A stretch of 35,213 bases of DNA, taken from NCBI GenBank assembly GCA_032718475.1, contig JAUCBJ010001565.1, forward strand, positions 1 to 35,213, given 5' to 3'. The notes under the pieces are model-generated. The model made no database searches. It saw nothing but the letters and a program-made list of their open reading frames with translations, and was not told where the DNA came from. A program made the position numbers and the translations under genes. Below, in pieces: positions 35,003-35,213 of the stretch. Numbering within the stretch: the first letter of the stretch is position 1; each line of letters starts with the position of its first letter. This DNA comes from Nemertoderma westbladi (lineage: Eukaryota > Animalia > Xenacoelomorpha).

Positions 35003-35005
35003 TCA

Positions 35006-35213
35006 TGTGGCGGAGTCACAATTACTGGACAATACTCTAAATAGTAGGACCTATCTCACCTCCCCATATAGCTGAGATTAGGACTACAGCTGTTAGTACA
35101 TAGGAGATTGGTATGTTGCTTAGCAACATAACAACAACACTAGTATAATCAGCTTATCTGACAGCGCTGACCGTATTAATATAACAACTTACTGAGAATC
35201 AAATTAATATGTT
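35006..35213 (+). repeat. 3' LTR, cut by the window edge
   Basis: Matches the 5' LTR with about four substitutions and one 1-bp indel over 208 bp. Confidence 0.95.

Larger units (their letters stand above)
32092..35213 (+). mobile_element. Ty3/Gypsy LTR retrotransposon (CsRn1/Kabuki-like), internally deleted and defective
   Basis: Two LTRs, tRNA-Trp-type PBS, gag-RT-RNaseH-IN order and a G-rich PPT; only ~2.7 kb between the LTRs. Confidence 0.95.

Overview
Eukaryotic (probably invertebrate animal) genomic DNA, AT-rich and dense in repeats. It holds partial exon sets of two spliced genes: an L1CAM/neuroglian-family adhesion gene on the minus strand (FN3 exon 11241-11426, transmembrane exon 1026-1225) and the last three exons of a supervillin-like gene on the plus strand (16978-17099, 17345-17509, 29201-29287; last gelsolin repeat plus villin headpiece). 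In both genes an exon end plus its 5' splice donor has been amplified into a tandem array with the same design: a 53-bp unit (20 copies in the window) and a 38-bp unit (about 300 copies, 11.5 kb). The supervillin acceptor is also duplicated. The two partial genes point away from each other and neither shows its 5' exons. The supervillin fragment and a 5'-truncated CRE-clade retrotransposon (13361-16029, minus) lie between matching 28-bp inverted termini (11711 and 31491). The L1 intron is packed with TIR and foldback elements, several with clean TSDs. An internally deleted Gypsy (CsRn1-like) LTR element ends the window. All family assignments come from motif recognition by eye, not from database searches.
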